A stretch of 64,000 nt of DNA from NCBI GenBank assembly GCA_045638685.1, contig JAZUBT010000007.1, forward strand, positions 59,057-123,056, given 5' to 3'. How positions within the stretch are numbered: position 1 is the first letter of the stretch; the number at the start of each line of letters is the position of its first letter. The DNA comes from Eubacteriales bacterium (lineage in GTDB: Bacteria; Bacillota; Clostridia; Oscillospirales; CAG-272). Positions 44,189-53,832 of the stretch are shown piece by piece. Under the pieces are notes generated by a model. It had not been told where the DNA came from. It made no database searches and was given only the letters and a program-made list of their open reading frames with translations. A program made the position numbers and the translations under genes.

Positions 44189-45598
44189 TCACTCAAAAAA
44201 TGCTGCCGCCTTTTTGTTTATCGGTACCCCTATGCCTTTTCTGTAACACTCGGAGACCGCTGCTCTCGCTTTCTCGCTTCCCTTTTCCGCTGCCTCGTAG
44301 TAGTAAAGAAATGCCGTGCGTCGATCCTTTTCTACGCCTCTGCCCTTTTCGTAGCACTGCGCTATGGCGTAGAACGTCTCGGCGCTTGCCTCGGCTCCGT
44401 CCTTGCGCTCTCTTGCCGCCGCCATAAGCCATCTGAAGGCTTCAACGTAATTTCTCTGCTTTTGCAGATAAAGGGCGTAATAATACTGCGCCTCGGCTAT
44501 ATCCGCCTTAGCCGCCTTTAAAAAGTATTCCGCCGAAAGCTTTTCGTTCTGAGGGGTTCCCTTACCCACCCTGTAAAGCTTGGCTATTTCAAGATACGCC
44601 TGAACGTTTCCGTCGTTTGCCGCCTCCTGAAAATACTCAGCGGCCTTCTGCTCGTCCTTTGCAAGCATATCTCCGTTAAGGTATCTGTACGCAAGATTCA
44701 TGTAGGCTCGTCTGTCTCCGCTTTCAAGAGCCTTTTTATACATCGTTGACGCCTCTACCCTGTCTATTTTTATGCCGTCTCCCTTATCGGTCATTACCGC
44801 CAGACGGTACTGTGCGTCGGGATAACCGTACTGCGCCGCTATCGAAAGATAGGTTGCCGCTTTATAGGAGTTTTTTGCAAAGCCTTCTCCGTCAGCAAGC
44901 ATACAGCCAAGTGTATAGATAGAATGTATGCTGCCGAGATCAGCCGCCGTCTTATAATACGAAATGGCAGTGGAATAGGACTCGTATCCGTTTCTCGCCT
45001 TTTCAAGCGCGACGTCTCCAAGGAAGTCAAGCGCGGGACAGTATTCGTTAGACGCAGCGTAGCTGATGCTTTTCATCGCGTTTGTAAGCTGCTCCTTTGA
45101 CGCTCCGCCGCTCTGCAAAACCCGAAGTCCGGAATTAAAGTAGTACGCCCCCTGCTCATCGGTAAGGCCCTTAGCTGTGGAAAGAGCCTGACGCGCGGCG
45201 TTTGAGGCTTTAAACTCCTGTTCCCATACTCTTATAACGACTACGGTTCCTATTTTTTCAAGCAGCATACCGAGATACACGCTTATTTCGGGAGTTTCTT
45301 CTGCAATATATACAACGAGAGGGTTTCTTTTGAATATCGTGCGCTCTATAACCACGTCGATAACCCTATCTGACAGTGAATTTTCAGAAAGCACTAAAAC
45401 GGAAGCCGAGGACTTGTTTACCTTATCGGCTATCTCCGTAAGCCCGTTTTCATCTGTTTCAAGCCTTGCGTTCAGCCAGAAACGGTACCCCGCCTCTTCA
45501 AGGCTGTCAAGAACCATCTCCGCCTCTGCCGCGTCTCGGTAATTGAATGCCACGTAGGCGTAAGGCTTTACACCGTCGTATAATTTCCGTCTTTTCAT
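44189..45598 (-). CDS. TIR-like domain protein fused to ~7 Sel1-like (SLR/TPR) repeats
   Basis: The N-terminal ~135 aa carry YAYVAFNYRD...LEEAGYRFWLNARLE...SSASVLVLSENSLSDRVIDVVIERTI (TIR beta-alpha pattern). The C-terminal ~280 aa are repeats of the A..YY.kAA..G...A...LG..Y..G.G type. Confidence 0.6.
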   Translation of the reverse strand: MKRRKLYDGVKPYAYVAFNYRDAAEAEMVLDSLEEAGYRFWLNARLETDENGLTEIADKVNKSSASVLVLSENSLSDRVIDVVIERTIFKRNPLVVYIAEETPEISVYLGMLLEKIGTVVVIRVWEQEFKASNAARQALSTAKGLTDEQGAYYFNSGLRVLQSGGASKEQLTNAMKSISYAASNEYCPALDFLGDVALEKARNGYESYSTAISYYKTAADLGSIHSIYTLGCMLADGEGFAKNSYKAATYLSIAAQYGYPDAQYRLAVMTDKGDGIKIDRVEASTMYKKALESGDRRAYMNLAYRYLNGDMLAKDEQKAAEYFQEAANDGNVQAYLEIAKLYRVGKGTPQNEKLSAEYFLKAAKADIAEAQYYYALYLQKQRNYVEAFRWLMAAARERKDGAEASAETFYAIAQCYEKGRGVEKDRRTAFLYYYEAAEKGSEKARAAVSECYRKGIGVPINKKAAAFFE

Positions 45599-45690
45599 TG
45601 ACTTTTATATCCTTTCCGGGAAAGAAATACGTCCCATTCAGTAATTACAAAAATTTGTGTTTTCAGCGGTTTTCCGCGACGTTTCGGATC

Positions 45691-46701
45691 TTATTTTACG
45701 TCGTCGGTAAAGATAGACGCTTCTGCCTGCTCCTCGCTCTCCGCTTCCTCTGCCGTTTTGTTTGCCGCTTCATAAGGATCAACCATAATCTCCTTAATTT
45801 TCGGCCACGCGGCGTAGCTTGCGATATAAGCACAGTAGCCGTATAAAACTATCATGGGAAGCATTATTCCGAGAGGCATAATCACAATAAGGAAATAATA
45901 ATCAAGAAGCAGGAGAAATACTATTCCGAAAAACGCAAGGAGATTTCTTTTAATACCGAGCGCCGAAAATATAAACGCGTTTTTGATTATTTTGGGAAGC
46001 GAAAGATCGAAGGTTATTATAAGGTTATAGATGTAAAATCTCATAACGAAATAAACCGCTCCGAGGAATATAGCGGCAAAGAACATCATAGAACCGACGT
46101 ATGCGCCCATATTAAAATAGAAAAACGCGACGTCATAAACCACGAGCAGCATCATAAAGAGGTCGATAATACCCATTATAATTCCCTGCCTAAGATTGCG
46201 CTTTATAGCGTACCAGAAATCGTGCCATACGAAAACCGGATCACCCTTAACGAGATTTCTTAAAATGTAGGTCGTGCCTATGTTGGTAAGACCGAAGGTA
46301 AGAATAAGAAGCGCGCCTATCGCATACATAATCATAGTCGGCGCGGTAGTCGCTGACAGAACTCCCTGCGCTCCGTGTATGCCGTAAAGCGCTGCCGATA
46401 CGGGATCGGCGCTCTCCTGCATTGCTCCGAAAAGCACAGAATATATCGATGACGCGGGAGACGGAACCGTCTCGTTAAAAAATCCCGAAAAGCCGAGACC
46501 AAGGAAAAATATCGGAAAATTTCCAACCAAAAAGAGAAGGTTTACAGATATTATAGTGCTTATATGCCACCACGAAAGCTTAAAAAAGTTTCGAAAGGTT
46601 CTCGGAAGCTTGTCGTTTTTTGACACACCCTTTCCGGCAAGGGGGTTCTTATGAAAAAGGTCGTAAAGGGTAGGCCCTTTTTTACCGCTGTGATTTGCCA
46701 T
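45691..46701 (-). CDS. YesL/DUF624-like polytopic membrane protein
   Basis: 336 aa. WWHISTIISVNLLFLVGNFPIFFLGLG resembles the start of the DUF624 family. Acidic C-terminal tail. Confidence 0.5.
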   Translation of the reverse strand: MANHSGKKGPTLYDLFHKNPLAGKGVSKNDKLPRTFRNFFKLSWWHISTIISVNLLFLVGNFPIFFLGLGFSGFFNETVPSPASSIYSVLFGAMQESADPVSAALYGIHGAQGVLSATTAPTMIMYAIGALLILTFGLTNIGTTYILRNLVKGDPVFVWHDFWYAIKRNLRQGIIMGIIDLFMMLLVVYDVAFFYFNMGAYVGSMMFFAAIFLGAVYFVMRFYIYNLIITFDLSLPKIIKNAFIFSALGIKRNLLAFFGIVFLLLLDYYFLIVIMPLGIMLPMIVLYGYCAYIASYAAWPKIKEIMVDPYEAANKTAEEAESEEQAEASIFTDDVK

Positions 46702-46716
46702 TACGTTTTCCTTTCA

Positions 46717-47508
46717 TTAAAGCTCAGCCGAAAGCTCTTCGGCGCGTTTTGTACAGGCTCTCATAGCCCTTGAAATCATTTCGGAAAGCCCCTCGCCGTA
46801 AAAGACCTCCATGGCCTTTTCGGTAGTACCGTTTGGGGACGTAACCATTTTTACAAGCTCTCCCGGTGTTTTGTCCGAGCTTATTACCATGTCGGCAGAG
46901 CCCTTTACCGTCTCGCATATCATTTTAAGGAGCACATCGCTGTCAAGCCCCTCTGCCCTTGCCTCGTTGTAAATACAGTCAATGATGTAATAGATATACG
47001 CGGGTGCGCTTGAGGTTGCCGCTATAACGGTGTTCATTTTATCCTCGGGCAGCTCAAACGCGCTTCCCGATGCCATAAACATCTCCTTAACCTCATTAAA
47101 CGCCTCATCACTGACGAGGTGATTTCTCGAAAGCGCCGTAACGCCCTTTCCGATAAGAAGCGGTGTGTTAGGCATTGTTCTTATAACGGGAACGTCTCTG
47201 CCGAGCCCTTTACAGATAGACGCACAGCTAACGCCCGCGGCTATCGAAATAAAGGTTTTACCGCTAAGGTCTGTGCCGCTCCTACGGATTTCCTCGGTAA
47301 GCTCCGCAAAATTCTGAGGCTTTACCGATAAAACTATATAATCAGCGGACTCTACCGCCTTTTCCACACTCTCGGCTATTTTGACGCTACTGCCAAACTT
47401 AGCGTACTGAGACGGGAATTTATCGTAAACGGTTATATCGCCGCTCTTCATTCCGCCGATTATCGCGTAAGCCATATTTCCTGCGCCAATAAACGAATAT
47501 TTTTTCAT
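46717..47508 (-). CDS. proC: Pyrroline-5-carboxylate reductase ProC
   Basis: FIGAGNMA Rossmann start and the C-terminal SPNGTTEKA motif. Confidence 0.92.
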   Translation of the reverse strand: MKKYSFIGAGNMAYAIIGGMKSGDITVYDKFPSQYAKFGSSVKIAESVEKAVESADYIVLSVKPQNFAELTEEIRRSGTDLSGKTFISIAAGVSCASICKGLGRDVPVIRTMPNTPLLIGKGVTALSRNHLVSDEAFNEVKEMFMASGSAFELPEDKMNTVIAATSSAPAYIYYIIDCIYNEARAEGLDSDVLLKMICETVKGSADMVISSDKTPGELVKMVTSPNGTTEKAMEVFYGEGLSEMISRAMRACTKRAEELSAEL

Positions 47509-47678
47509 TTTACAAAACCCTTATCTATGTTCTATATAAATACTATCATATCACTTATTTATAAATTTTTCAACAATTTAGAAAAATATTTTAAAATTTT
47601 ACAATTTAATAACTTTATTTAAAAAGCTGTCCCTTATAATATCATTTGAAGCAGGACAGGAGAAACGGAGGAAACGGT

Positions 47679-48320
47679 ATGAATTTAGAGAGATTTTTCT
47701 TAGCAAATCCGAAATTTGAAACGAAGCGGCTGATTTTAAGAAAGCTTAGCCCGTCAGACGCAGAGGATATGTACGCTTATGCCTGCCGCCCCGAAACGTC
47801 GAAATACCTGCTTTGGGAACCGCACCCGTCCCCGCTCTACACCGCTGATCTCATTCGATTTTTGCAAAAGGAATATCAGTTAGGGAAATACGGCGACTTT
47901 GCTATAATATTTAAGGATAACCGTAAAATGATAGGAACCGTAGGGTTTACATCATACGACGAAAAGCACTCGGTAGCAGAGCTTGGATACGTTATAAACC
48001 CCGATTACTGGCATAGGGGTATCGCTACCGAGGCATTAAAAGCGATTTTAAGCATCGCGTTTCACGAGCTTCGGGTACAGCGCGCCGAGGCAAAATATAT
48101 GCCAGAAAACGTTTATTCACGAAGCGTTATGGAAAAGTGCGGCATGACCTACGAGGGAATGGCGCGAAGCAAGATGCTTGTCAAGGGAGTGCGTCGGGAT
48201 ATTGCCTGCTGCTCTATTTTAAGGGCGGAATATTTTGAAATTTACGGCGAAAAGCCGTACACGGATATATGCAAAACAAGAGGTATTCGCCGATTTTTTG
48301 ATTTTGGGAATAAAAATTAA
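47679..48320 (+). CDS. GNAT family N-acetyltransferase (RimJ/RimL-like)
   Basis: TKRLILRKLSPSDAEDMY... and WHRGIATEALKAIL motifs. Start after GGAGGAAACGGT. Confidence 0.8.
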   Translation: MNLERFFLANPKFETKRLILRKLSPSDAEDMYAYACRPETSKYLLWEPHPSPLYTADLIRFLQKEYQLGKYGDFAIIFKDNRKMIGTVGFTSYDEKHSVAELGYVINPDYWHRGIATEALKAILSIAFHELRVQRAEAKYMPENVYSRSVMEKCGMTYEGMARSKMLVKGVRRDIACCSILRAEYFEIYGEKPYTDICKTRGIRRFFDFGNKN

Positions 48321-48397
48321 CAAATTAACGTTGAATAGAAGTTAAAAAAAATATACAATAGTAGTGTTATAATTAATAATACTCGGAGGAAATTAAA

Positions 48398-48721
48398 ATG
48401 TTTTCATTCTTTTTGGAAGGTGAAGCCGCAGCACAGGGCGGAGGAAGTATAACTATGACTATAATTATGTTAGTCGGTCTTCTCGCTCTTATGTATTTCT
48501 TTATGATACGTCCGCAGAAAAAGCAGGAAAAGCAGATTAACGAAATGCGCGAGAACCTTCAGGTTGGCGATGAAATAACCACCATTGGCGGTATAATAGG
48601 CAGAATAGTCTCTATAAAAGACGAGACCGTGCTTATCGAAACCGGCAGAGACAAGGTTAAAATTAGATTTTTACGTTCCGCTATCAGAAGCGTTGACGTA
48701 AAGGCGGAGGACGCCGAATAA
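48398..48721 (+). CDS. yajC: Preprotein translocase subunit YajC
   Basis: One TM helix plus MIRPQKKQEKQ and GDEITTIGGIIGRIV motifs. Confidence 0.9.
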   Translation: MFSFFLEGEAAAQGGGSITMTIIMLVGLLALMYFFMIRPQKKQEKQINEMRENLQVGDEITTIGGIIGRIVSIKDETVLIETGRDKVKIRFLRSAIRSVDVKAEDAE

Positions 48722-48793
48722 AAAGGCTTAGGCTATCATATTTTTTTACTTTCTGTCATAAGATTTATTAAAATGAAAAAGGAGTAAAAATTT

Positions 48794-49207
48794 ATGAAGC
48801 CTTTGTTTTTTAGCACCCTTAGAGGACTTACCGTATTTGCAATAAGCGCCGCGTCTCTTCTGCTTATACTGTGCTTTATTGCGCTGCGACTTGAAGATCC
48901 GGCAAGTCTTATCCTTGTTTTTTCAAACGTCGCGCTCATTTTAAGCGCTTTTCTCGGTGGACGCTTTTCGGTAAGCTCCGAAAACGGACGCTTTCTTAGC
49001 GGACTTACCGCGGGACTTAGCGGAATGCTTATAATCCTTTTGGTTTCGCTTATTACATCTTCCTTTGACGGCGGCTCGTTCTTACGCATGGCTCTTACCG
49101 TTTTGCTTTTCATTTTGGGAGCGCTCAGTAAAAGCGGCGGAGAAAAGCCACGCGCATCGGCAAGGAAAAGAAAAAATATAGCAAGACGGTACGGCGCCTA
49201 CAAATAA
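48794..49207 (+). CDS. Small 4-TM membrane protein (TIGR04086-like by recollection)
   Basis: 137 aa, 4 hydrophobic helices, basic C-terminus. It sits between yajC and the scfB-like gene. Confidence 0.55.
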   Translation: MKPLFFSTLRGLTVFAISAASLLLILCFIALRLEDPASLILVFSNVALILSAFLGGRFSVSSENGRFLSGLTAGLSGMLIILLVSLITSSFDGGSFLRMALTVLLFILGALSKSGGEKPRASARKRKNIARRYGAYK

Positions 49208-49392
49208 CCTTAAACGGTAAAACAGCCGCTCTGTTAAGCAAGGACGGATTTACGTAAAAAAAGCTAACGTATGCGCTTTTTAACGGCACACGCCTACTTC
49301 CTTAAGCGGCGCCGTATTTTAAACACAATTAAAAATAGACATAAAAAAAGCAAAAAGCAGTGTTAATGCCTTTTTGCGAAAGGACTTTAAAA

Positions 49393-50031
49393 ATGATTTA
49401 CAGATTTAAATTTTACGGACATTATTTTGCGCTTGATACGGAGAGCGCGACGGTACATAAGCTTACCGAGCTCCAATTCGATATGCTTACCTATCTCTCC
49501 TTCCCTTTTGAGGACGTTTTTCCCTCAACTTTAAGATATGACCTTGCCAAATATGAGTCATCAGAGCTTAAAGAGGCCTATTTTGACTTTAAAAAATTAA
49601 GCGATGACGGAGTTTTTATGTCAGCCTCTCCGCTTACGCTTCCCGCTGAGCCGAAGGCTTCAAAAAATGCGGAGAAAACCGTAAAATACGATGCTAAAAA
49701 ATTCGTTTTTGCAAGCGAGGTAATAAGAAGCGCCGACGAGGGCTGCTCTGTTCTTTCCGCCGAGGAGGACGCGACTCTTCCCGTTAAAGAAATCGACTAC
49801 GACATTCTCTTTTCGGAATACGAAAGGGTTGCAAAGGAGATTATAAAGCGCAAATCGGGACGCGTACCGGGTGATGCTTTTGAGTTCTTACCCTTTGATT
49901 TAAGCTTCAAGGCAGACGAGAAGGGTTACTACCACATTGTAACCGAAGGGGTATCCGAGCTTTTTGAAGGCGAGGCGGAGACGGTAGCGAAAAAATGTGC
50001 CGAGCTTGCTATCGCGATATTTTTAGAGTAA
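49393..50031 (+). CDS. SCIFF-maturase-like protein lacking radical-SAM and SPASM cysteine motifs
   Basis: The N-terminus MIYRFKFYGHYFALDTESATVHKL...KKLSDDGVFMS resembles the N-terminal peptide-binding region of ScfB/CteB. Only 2 Cys in 212 aa and no CxxxCxxC. Start after AAAGGA. Confidence 0.5.
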   Translation: MIYRFKFYGHYFALDTESATVHKLTELQFDMLTYLSFPFEDVFPSTLRYDLAKYESSELKEAYFDFKKLSDDGVFMSASPLTLPAEPKASKNAEKTVKYDAKKFVFASEVIRSADEGCSVLSAEEDATLPVKEIDYDILFSEYERVAKEIIKRKSGRVPGDAFEFLPFDLSFKADEKGYYHIVTEGVSELFEGEAETVAKKCAELAIAIFLE

Positions 50032-50148
50032 ATTCAATTAATAAACAATCCCTCCGTGTAACGGGGGGATTTTTCTTTTCTTTACATAGCCAAATATTAC
50101 TGCCTACAACTAAAAAGCGCAAAGTAACCGTGCGTCTCTGCGCTACGG

Positions 50149-51294
50149 TCAAAAAATTTGTTTAGAGGCCTTCTTGTTGTTTATTAAATCCTTTGCTATC
50201 ATTTCCGCTGCGCCGGGATAGTCAAACGTCTTTGCTTTTTCCTCCATTTTTTCTCTCACGGTTCTGTCGGAAAGTACCGTTTCCGCAAGCTCTGAAAGCC
50301 TGTAAAGCTCGTCGGTGCCCTCGCAAAGCGTGTACGCGGCCCCCGCGTCGGAAAACGCTTTTGCGTTTTTATATTGGTGGTTATCGGTTACGTTTGGAGA
50401 CGGTATCAGAATTGACGCTCTGCCGGCTGAGGCAATTTCAGAAAGTGTCATAGCTCCGCTGCGACTTATAACAAGATCTGCGCCTACAAGCCATTTCGGC
50501 ATATCGTAAATATACTCTTTTACACAGATGTTTTTACACTCCGTAAGACCGCGCTCGGAAAACGCCCTGTAAAAATCGGCGTACCCTCCCTTTCCGGCGG
50601 CGTGCAGGTGAAAAACGTCCTTCCGCTTTGAGGTAAAGCGCTCCATTAAATTTAATATTTCTCTGTTTACCGTCTCTGCGCCGAGACTTCCTCCAAAGCT
50701 GAGAAGAACGTATCTGTAACGTCCCGTAATCATAAGCTCTTCCCTTATGCTTTTTCTATCACCCACCGTTTTTCTCATAGGGTTTCCGCTTCTTATTATT
50801 TTATCTCCGCCTCCGAGAAGCTCTCCGCACTCCTTAAAATTGACGAAAATCCTATCCGCTTTGTTTTTCAGCATTTTTACCGCCATTCCCGGAATGGCGT
50901 TAGACTCGTGAAGCACGGTATATATCCCCATACGCGACGCCGCATTTATAACGGGATAACAGATGTAACCGCCCGTTCCCACCACCGCTTCGGGACGGAA
51001 TTTTTCTATCATCTCTCTCGCTTTTCCCGTTGCCTTAAACGCCTTTATAGCAGCCTTAACGTTATCAAAGCTAAGGCTTCTTTTTATTCCCGAGACGTCT
51101 ATGTGCCAAAGCGGATACAGAGCCTCCGCGCAAAGACGGTTTTCAAGTCCCTTTTTAGTACCGATAAACAGTATTTCGCTGTTTTTTTCAAGCTCACAAA
51201 CGGCATCCGCTACCGCTATCGCAGGATTAATGTGCCCGGCGGTTCCTCCTCCGGCAAATATAACTCTCAATATTCTCCCCTCTTTTCTATACAA
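50149..51294 (-). CDS. murG: UDP-N-acetylglucosamine:lipid I GlcNAc transferase MurG
   Basis: GGGTAGHINPAIA start and a GT28 layout. Confidence 0.93.
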   Translation of the reverse strand: MYRKEGRILRVIFAGGGTAGHINPAIAVADAVCELEKNSEILFIGTKKGLENRLCAEALYPLWHIDVSGIKRSLSFDNVKAAIKAFKATGKAREMIEKFRPEAVVGTGGYICYPVINAASRMGIYTVLHESNAIPGMAVKMLKNKADRIFVNFKECGELLGGGDKIIRSGNPMRKTVGDRKSIREELMITGRYRYVLLSFGGSLGAETVNREILNLMERFTSKRKDVFHLHAAGKGGYADFYRAFSERGLTECKNICVKEYIYDMPKWLVGADLVISRSGAMTLSEIASAGRASILIPSPNVTDNHQYKNAKAFSDAGAAYTLCEGTDELYRLSELAETVLSDRTVREKMEEKAKTFDYPGAAEMIAKDLINNKKASKQIF

Positions 51295-51381
51295 ACAGAC
51301 CGACCGTATAAGCCTTTAACAGCGGGCTATTTTCTTTTAGTACAACCTTACGTTAATTTTTTCTGTTTTTACCGTCTCTTT

Positions 51382-52572
51382 CTATACGCCGTCTCCCGTA
51401 TGCTTTGAGGCTGAAAGAAGTATCCCCATTTCACACAGTAAAACAACGAGTGCGCTACCTCCGTAGCTGAAAAACGGAAGCGTAACTCCCGTATTCGGGA
51501 TAGTTCCCGTTACGACGCCTATATTTAAAAACGCCTGAAGTCCAACGTGAACGGTAATTCCAACGGCAGTAAGCATTCCGAAAATACTGTCAGCCTCCGC
51601 GGCGATTTTAAGCCCTCTTTTGACAAACGCGACAAATAACAGAATAACTAATGCCGCGCCTATAAGCCCCAGCTCCTCGCACACTATTGAAAAAATGAAG
51701 TCGTTATGCGCTGCGGAAACGTAAAGCTGCTTTTGAAGACCTTTCCCAAGCCCTCTGCCAAAAATACCGCCCGAGCCTATCGCGATTAGTCCCTGAGTTG
51801 TCTGCCACGTTTCGTCTCTTACAGAGAAATTTTCGGGATGAAGCCATATGTCTATTCGTTCACTTGCGTAATCAGTACCGAACAAAACGGCAAAAACAGC
51901 CGTAAACATTACTCCTCCCGCAAGAGCAAACCACCTTATCATTGCCCCACCGCCAAAAACAACGGCGGCACCTATCATAAAGGTTATAAGCGTACCCGAA
52001 AAATGATTTTCGAGCATTATAAGAATACAAACGAAGGCGACTATCATTACCGGAAGAAAGGTTCCGTAAAAAGAGGATTTCCAGAAAAGCTTTTTATTTG
52101 ATATTTTACCGATTTTTTTACCGCTTACTCCGTTTTTTCTTATGTAAGGCTGCACCTTTTCCATATAAAGCGCGAGAAGAAGCACAAGCATAGGCTTCAT
52201 AAGCTCTGACGGCTGAAAGCTGAAAAAACCAAGGTTCAACCAACGTTTAATACCCGCGCCGGAAAACAGTACCAAAACAAGACACAAAAGCGCAACCAGA
52301 AAACCAATGGGAGTCGTATAATTTTTATGAAAGCTTAGCGGAAGCCCAGCGCACACCGCCATTCCGAAAACGCCGATAATTACCCAAAAAATCTGCCGTT
52401 TAACGAAATAGTATCCGTCTCCGTAGTTACTTTTAGCATACGGTGCGCTCGCCGAAAAAACCATAACAGAGCCAAAAATGAGTAATAGAAAAATTATAAG
52501 CGCCATGGTTTTATCCATGCCAAAAAAAGCCTTTCCTACGCTAACTCGTTCTTTTTTCATAGATAATATCAC
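51382..52572 (-). CDS. ftsW: SEDS-family lipid II polymerase FtsW/SpoVE
   Basis: 10-TM SEDS pattern with HNDFIFS and PFFSYGGSA motifs, in the dcw cluster. Confidence 0.9.
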   Translation of the reverse strand: MILSMKKERVSVGKAFFGMDKTMALIIFLLLIFGSVMVFSASAPYAKSNYGDGYYFVKRQIFWVIIGVFGMAVCAGLPLSFHKNYTTPIGFLVALLCLVLVLFSGAGIKRWLNLGFFSFQPSELMKPMLVLLLALYMEKVQPYIRKNGVSGKKIGKISNKKLFWKSSFYGTFLPVMIVAFVCILIMLENHFSGTLITFMIGAAVVFGGGAMIRWFALAGGVMFTAVFAVLFGTDYASERIDIWLHPENFSVRDETWQTTQGLIAIGSGGIFGRGLGKGLQKQLYVSAAHNDFIFSIVCEELGLIGAALVILLFVAFVKRGLKIAAEADSIFGMLTAVGITVHVGLQAFLNIGVVTGTIPNTGVTLPFFSYGGSALVVLLCEMGILLSASKHTGDGV

Positions 52573-52645
52573 TTTCCCTTTCCGTCATTAAACAGCAAAT
52601 AAAGCAATTATTCACCTTTATTTAATCATAAATGACATTTTTATG

Positions 52646-53638
52646 TTATGATAAATAAAAAGCCAAAAATGAAGCAACCGCTGTAATTATAACGGAAAAA
52701 AGCGTTATTTTCCCTTCGCTAAGCCCCTTCTTTTCAAAGTGATGATGCAGCGGAGCCATAAGAAACACCCTTTTCCCCGTCAGCTTAAAGAATACAACCT
52801 GAATGATTACCGAAGCTGCCTCCAAAAGATAAATAATGCCAACTAAAAATAAAACCAGCGGGTTTTCGAGTGTAAGCGCCATTCCACTTATAATTGCTCC
52901 GAGGAAAAGTGAACCGGTGTCTCCCATAAAAACCTTTGCCGGATGCAGGTTGTAAACCAAAAAGCCGAGCGTCCCTCCAAAAATCGCAGAGGAAAGCGCC
53001 GTGCCGCCAAAATCCCCTATAATCATAGTGTACGCAGCAAAGAACACGGCGACGGCACCGCTCACACTTGCGCAGAGTCCGTCTATTCCGTCGGTAAGGT
53101 TGACCGCGTTACAAAACCCGGTTAAAAAGAGTACCGCAAAAAGATACCAGAAAATTTTAAGGTCATAGCTTACTCCGAAAAAAGGCAGATAAATCGTGGT
53201 GTTTACCGCGGAAAGTCGCAAAAGAGCAAAAATATATAAAAGCGCCGCGCTAAGCTGCAAAATATACTTTTCCCTCGCGGTAAGTCCCTCGTTTTTCTGT
53301 TTTTTCAGCTTTTGAATATCGTCGGTTATACCTATAATTCCGTTAACGACGCCGTATAAAACGGTTAAAAGCATTCCGTAAAAAGCGGTTAATTCTATAT
53401 AATCATTAAAAAACAGAAAAAGCAGTAAGAGGAGCGAGGACAGTGTGATAAATACAAGAAAAGCTATCCCGCCCATCGTGGGAGTTCCCTCTTTGTCCTT
53501 GTGCCACCGAGGTCCTATATCAAGTATTTTCTGTCCCATTTTTCTGCTTTTCAGCACGGGAATAAGAAAACGAAGTGTCAGCGCCGTGCCTACGAATGAA
53601 AGAATTAACGGCAAAAGAGTTATTATATATTTTTCCAC
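52646..53638 (-). CDS. mraY: Phospho-N-acetylmuramoyl-pentapeptide transferase MraY
   Basis: KxGTPTMGG, NAVNLTDGIDGL and HHHFE motifs. Confidence 0.95.
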   Translation of the reverse strand: MEKYIITLLPLILSFVGTALTLRFLIPVLKSRKMGQKILDIGPRWHKDKEGTPTMGGIAFLVFITLSSLLLLLFLFFNDYIELTAFYGMLLTVLYGVVNGIIGITDDIQKLKKQKNEGLTAREKYILQLSAALLYIFALLRLSAVNTTIYLPFFGVSYDLKIFWYLFAVLFLTGFCNAVNLTDGIDGLCASVSGAVAVFFAAYTMIIGDFGGTALSSAIFGGTLGFLVYNLHPAKVFMGDTGSLFLGAIISGMALTLENPLVLFLVGIIYLLEAASVIIQVVFFKLTGKRVFLMAPLHHHFEKKGLSEGKITLFSVIITAVASFLAFYLS

Positions 53639-53832
53639 CCTTTTCTCCTTTCTTTACAGTCCTTTTTATTGGACGTAGCATAGTCCTATTATATGTTTAT
53701 TTCTTCTTTTTATTATTTATATTTAAAACGGTCAGATGCTTATTAAACTTTTCCTTAGTCGGGGGCGAGAAATTTTTAGATACCCGAAAAAGCTTCTTAG
53801 GTCGGAGCTAAAGGCAACCAATAGCTTTTCCT

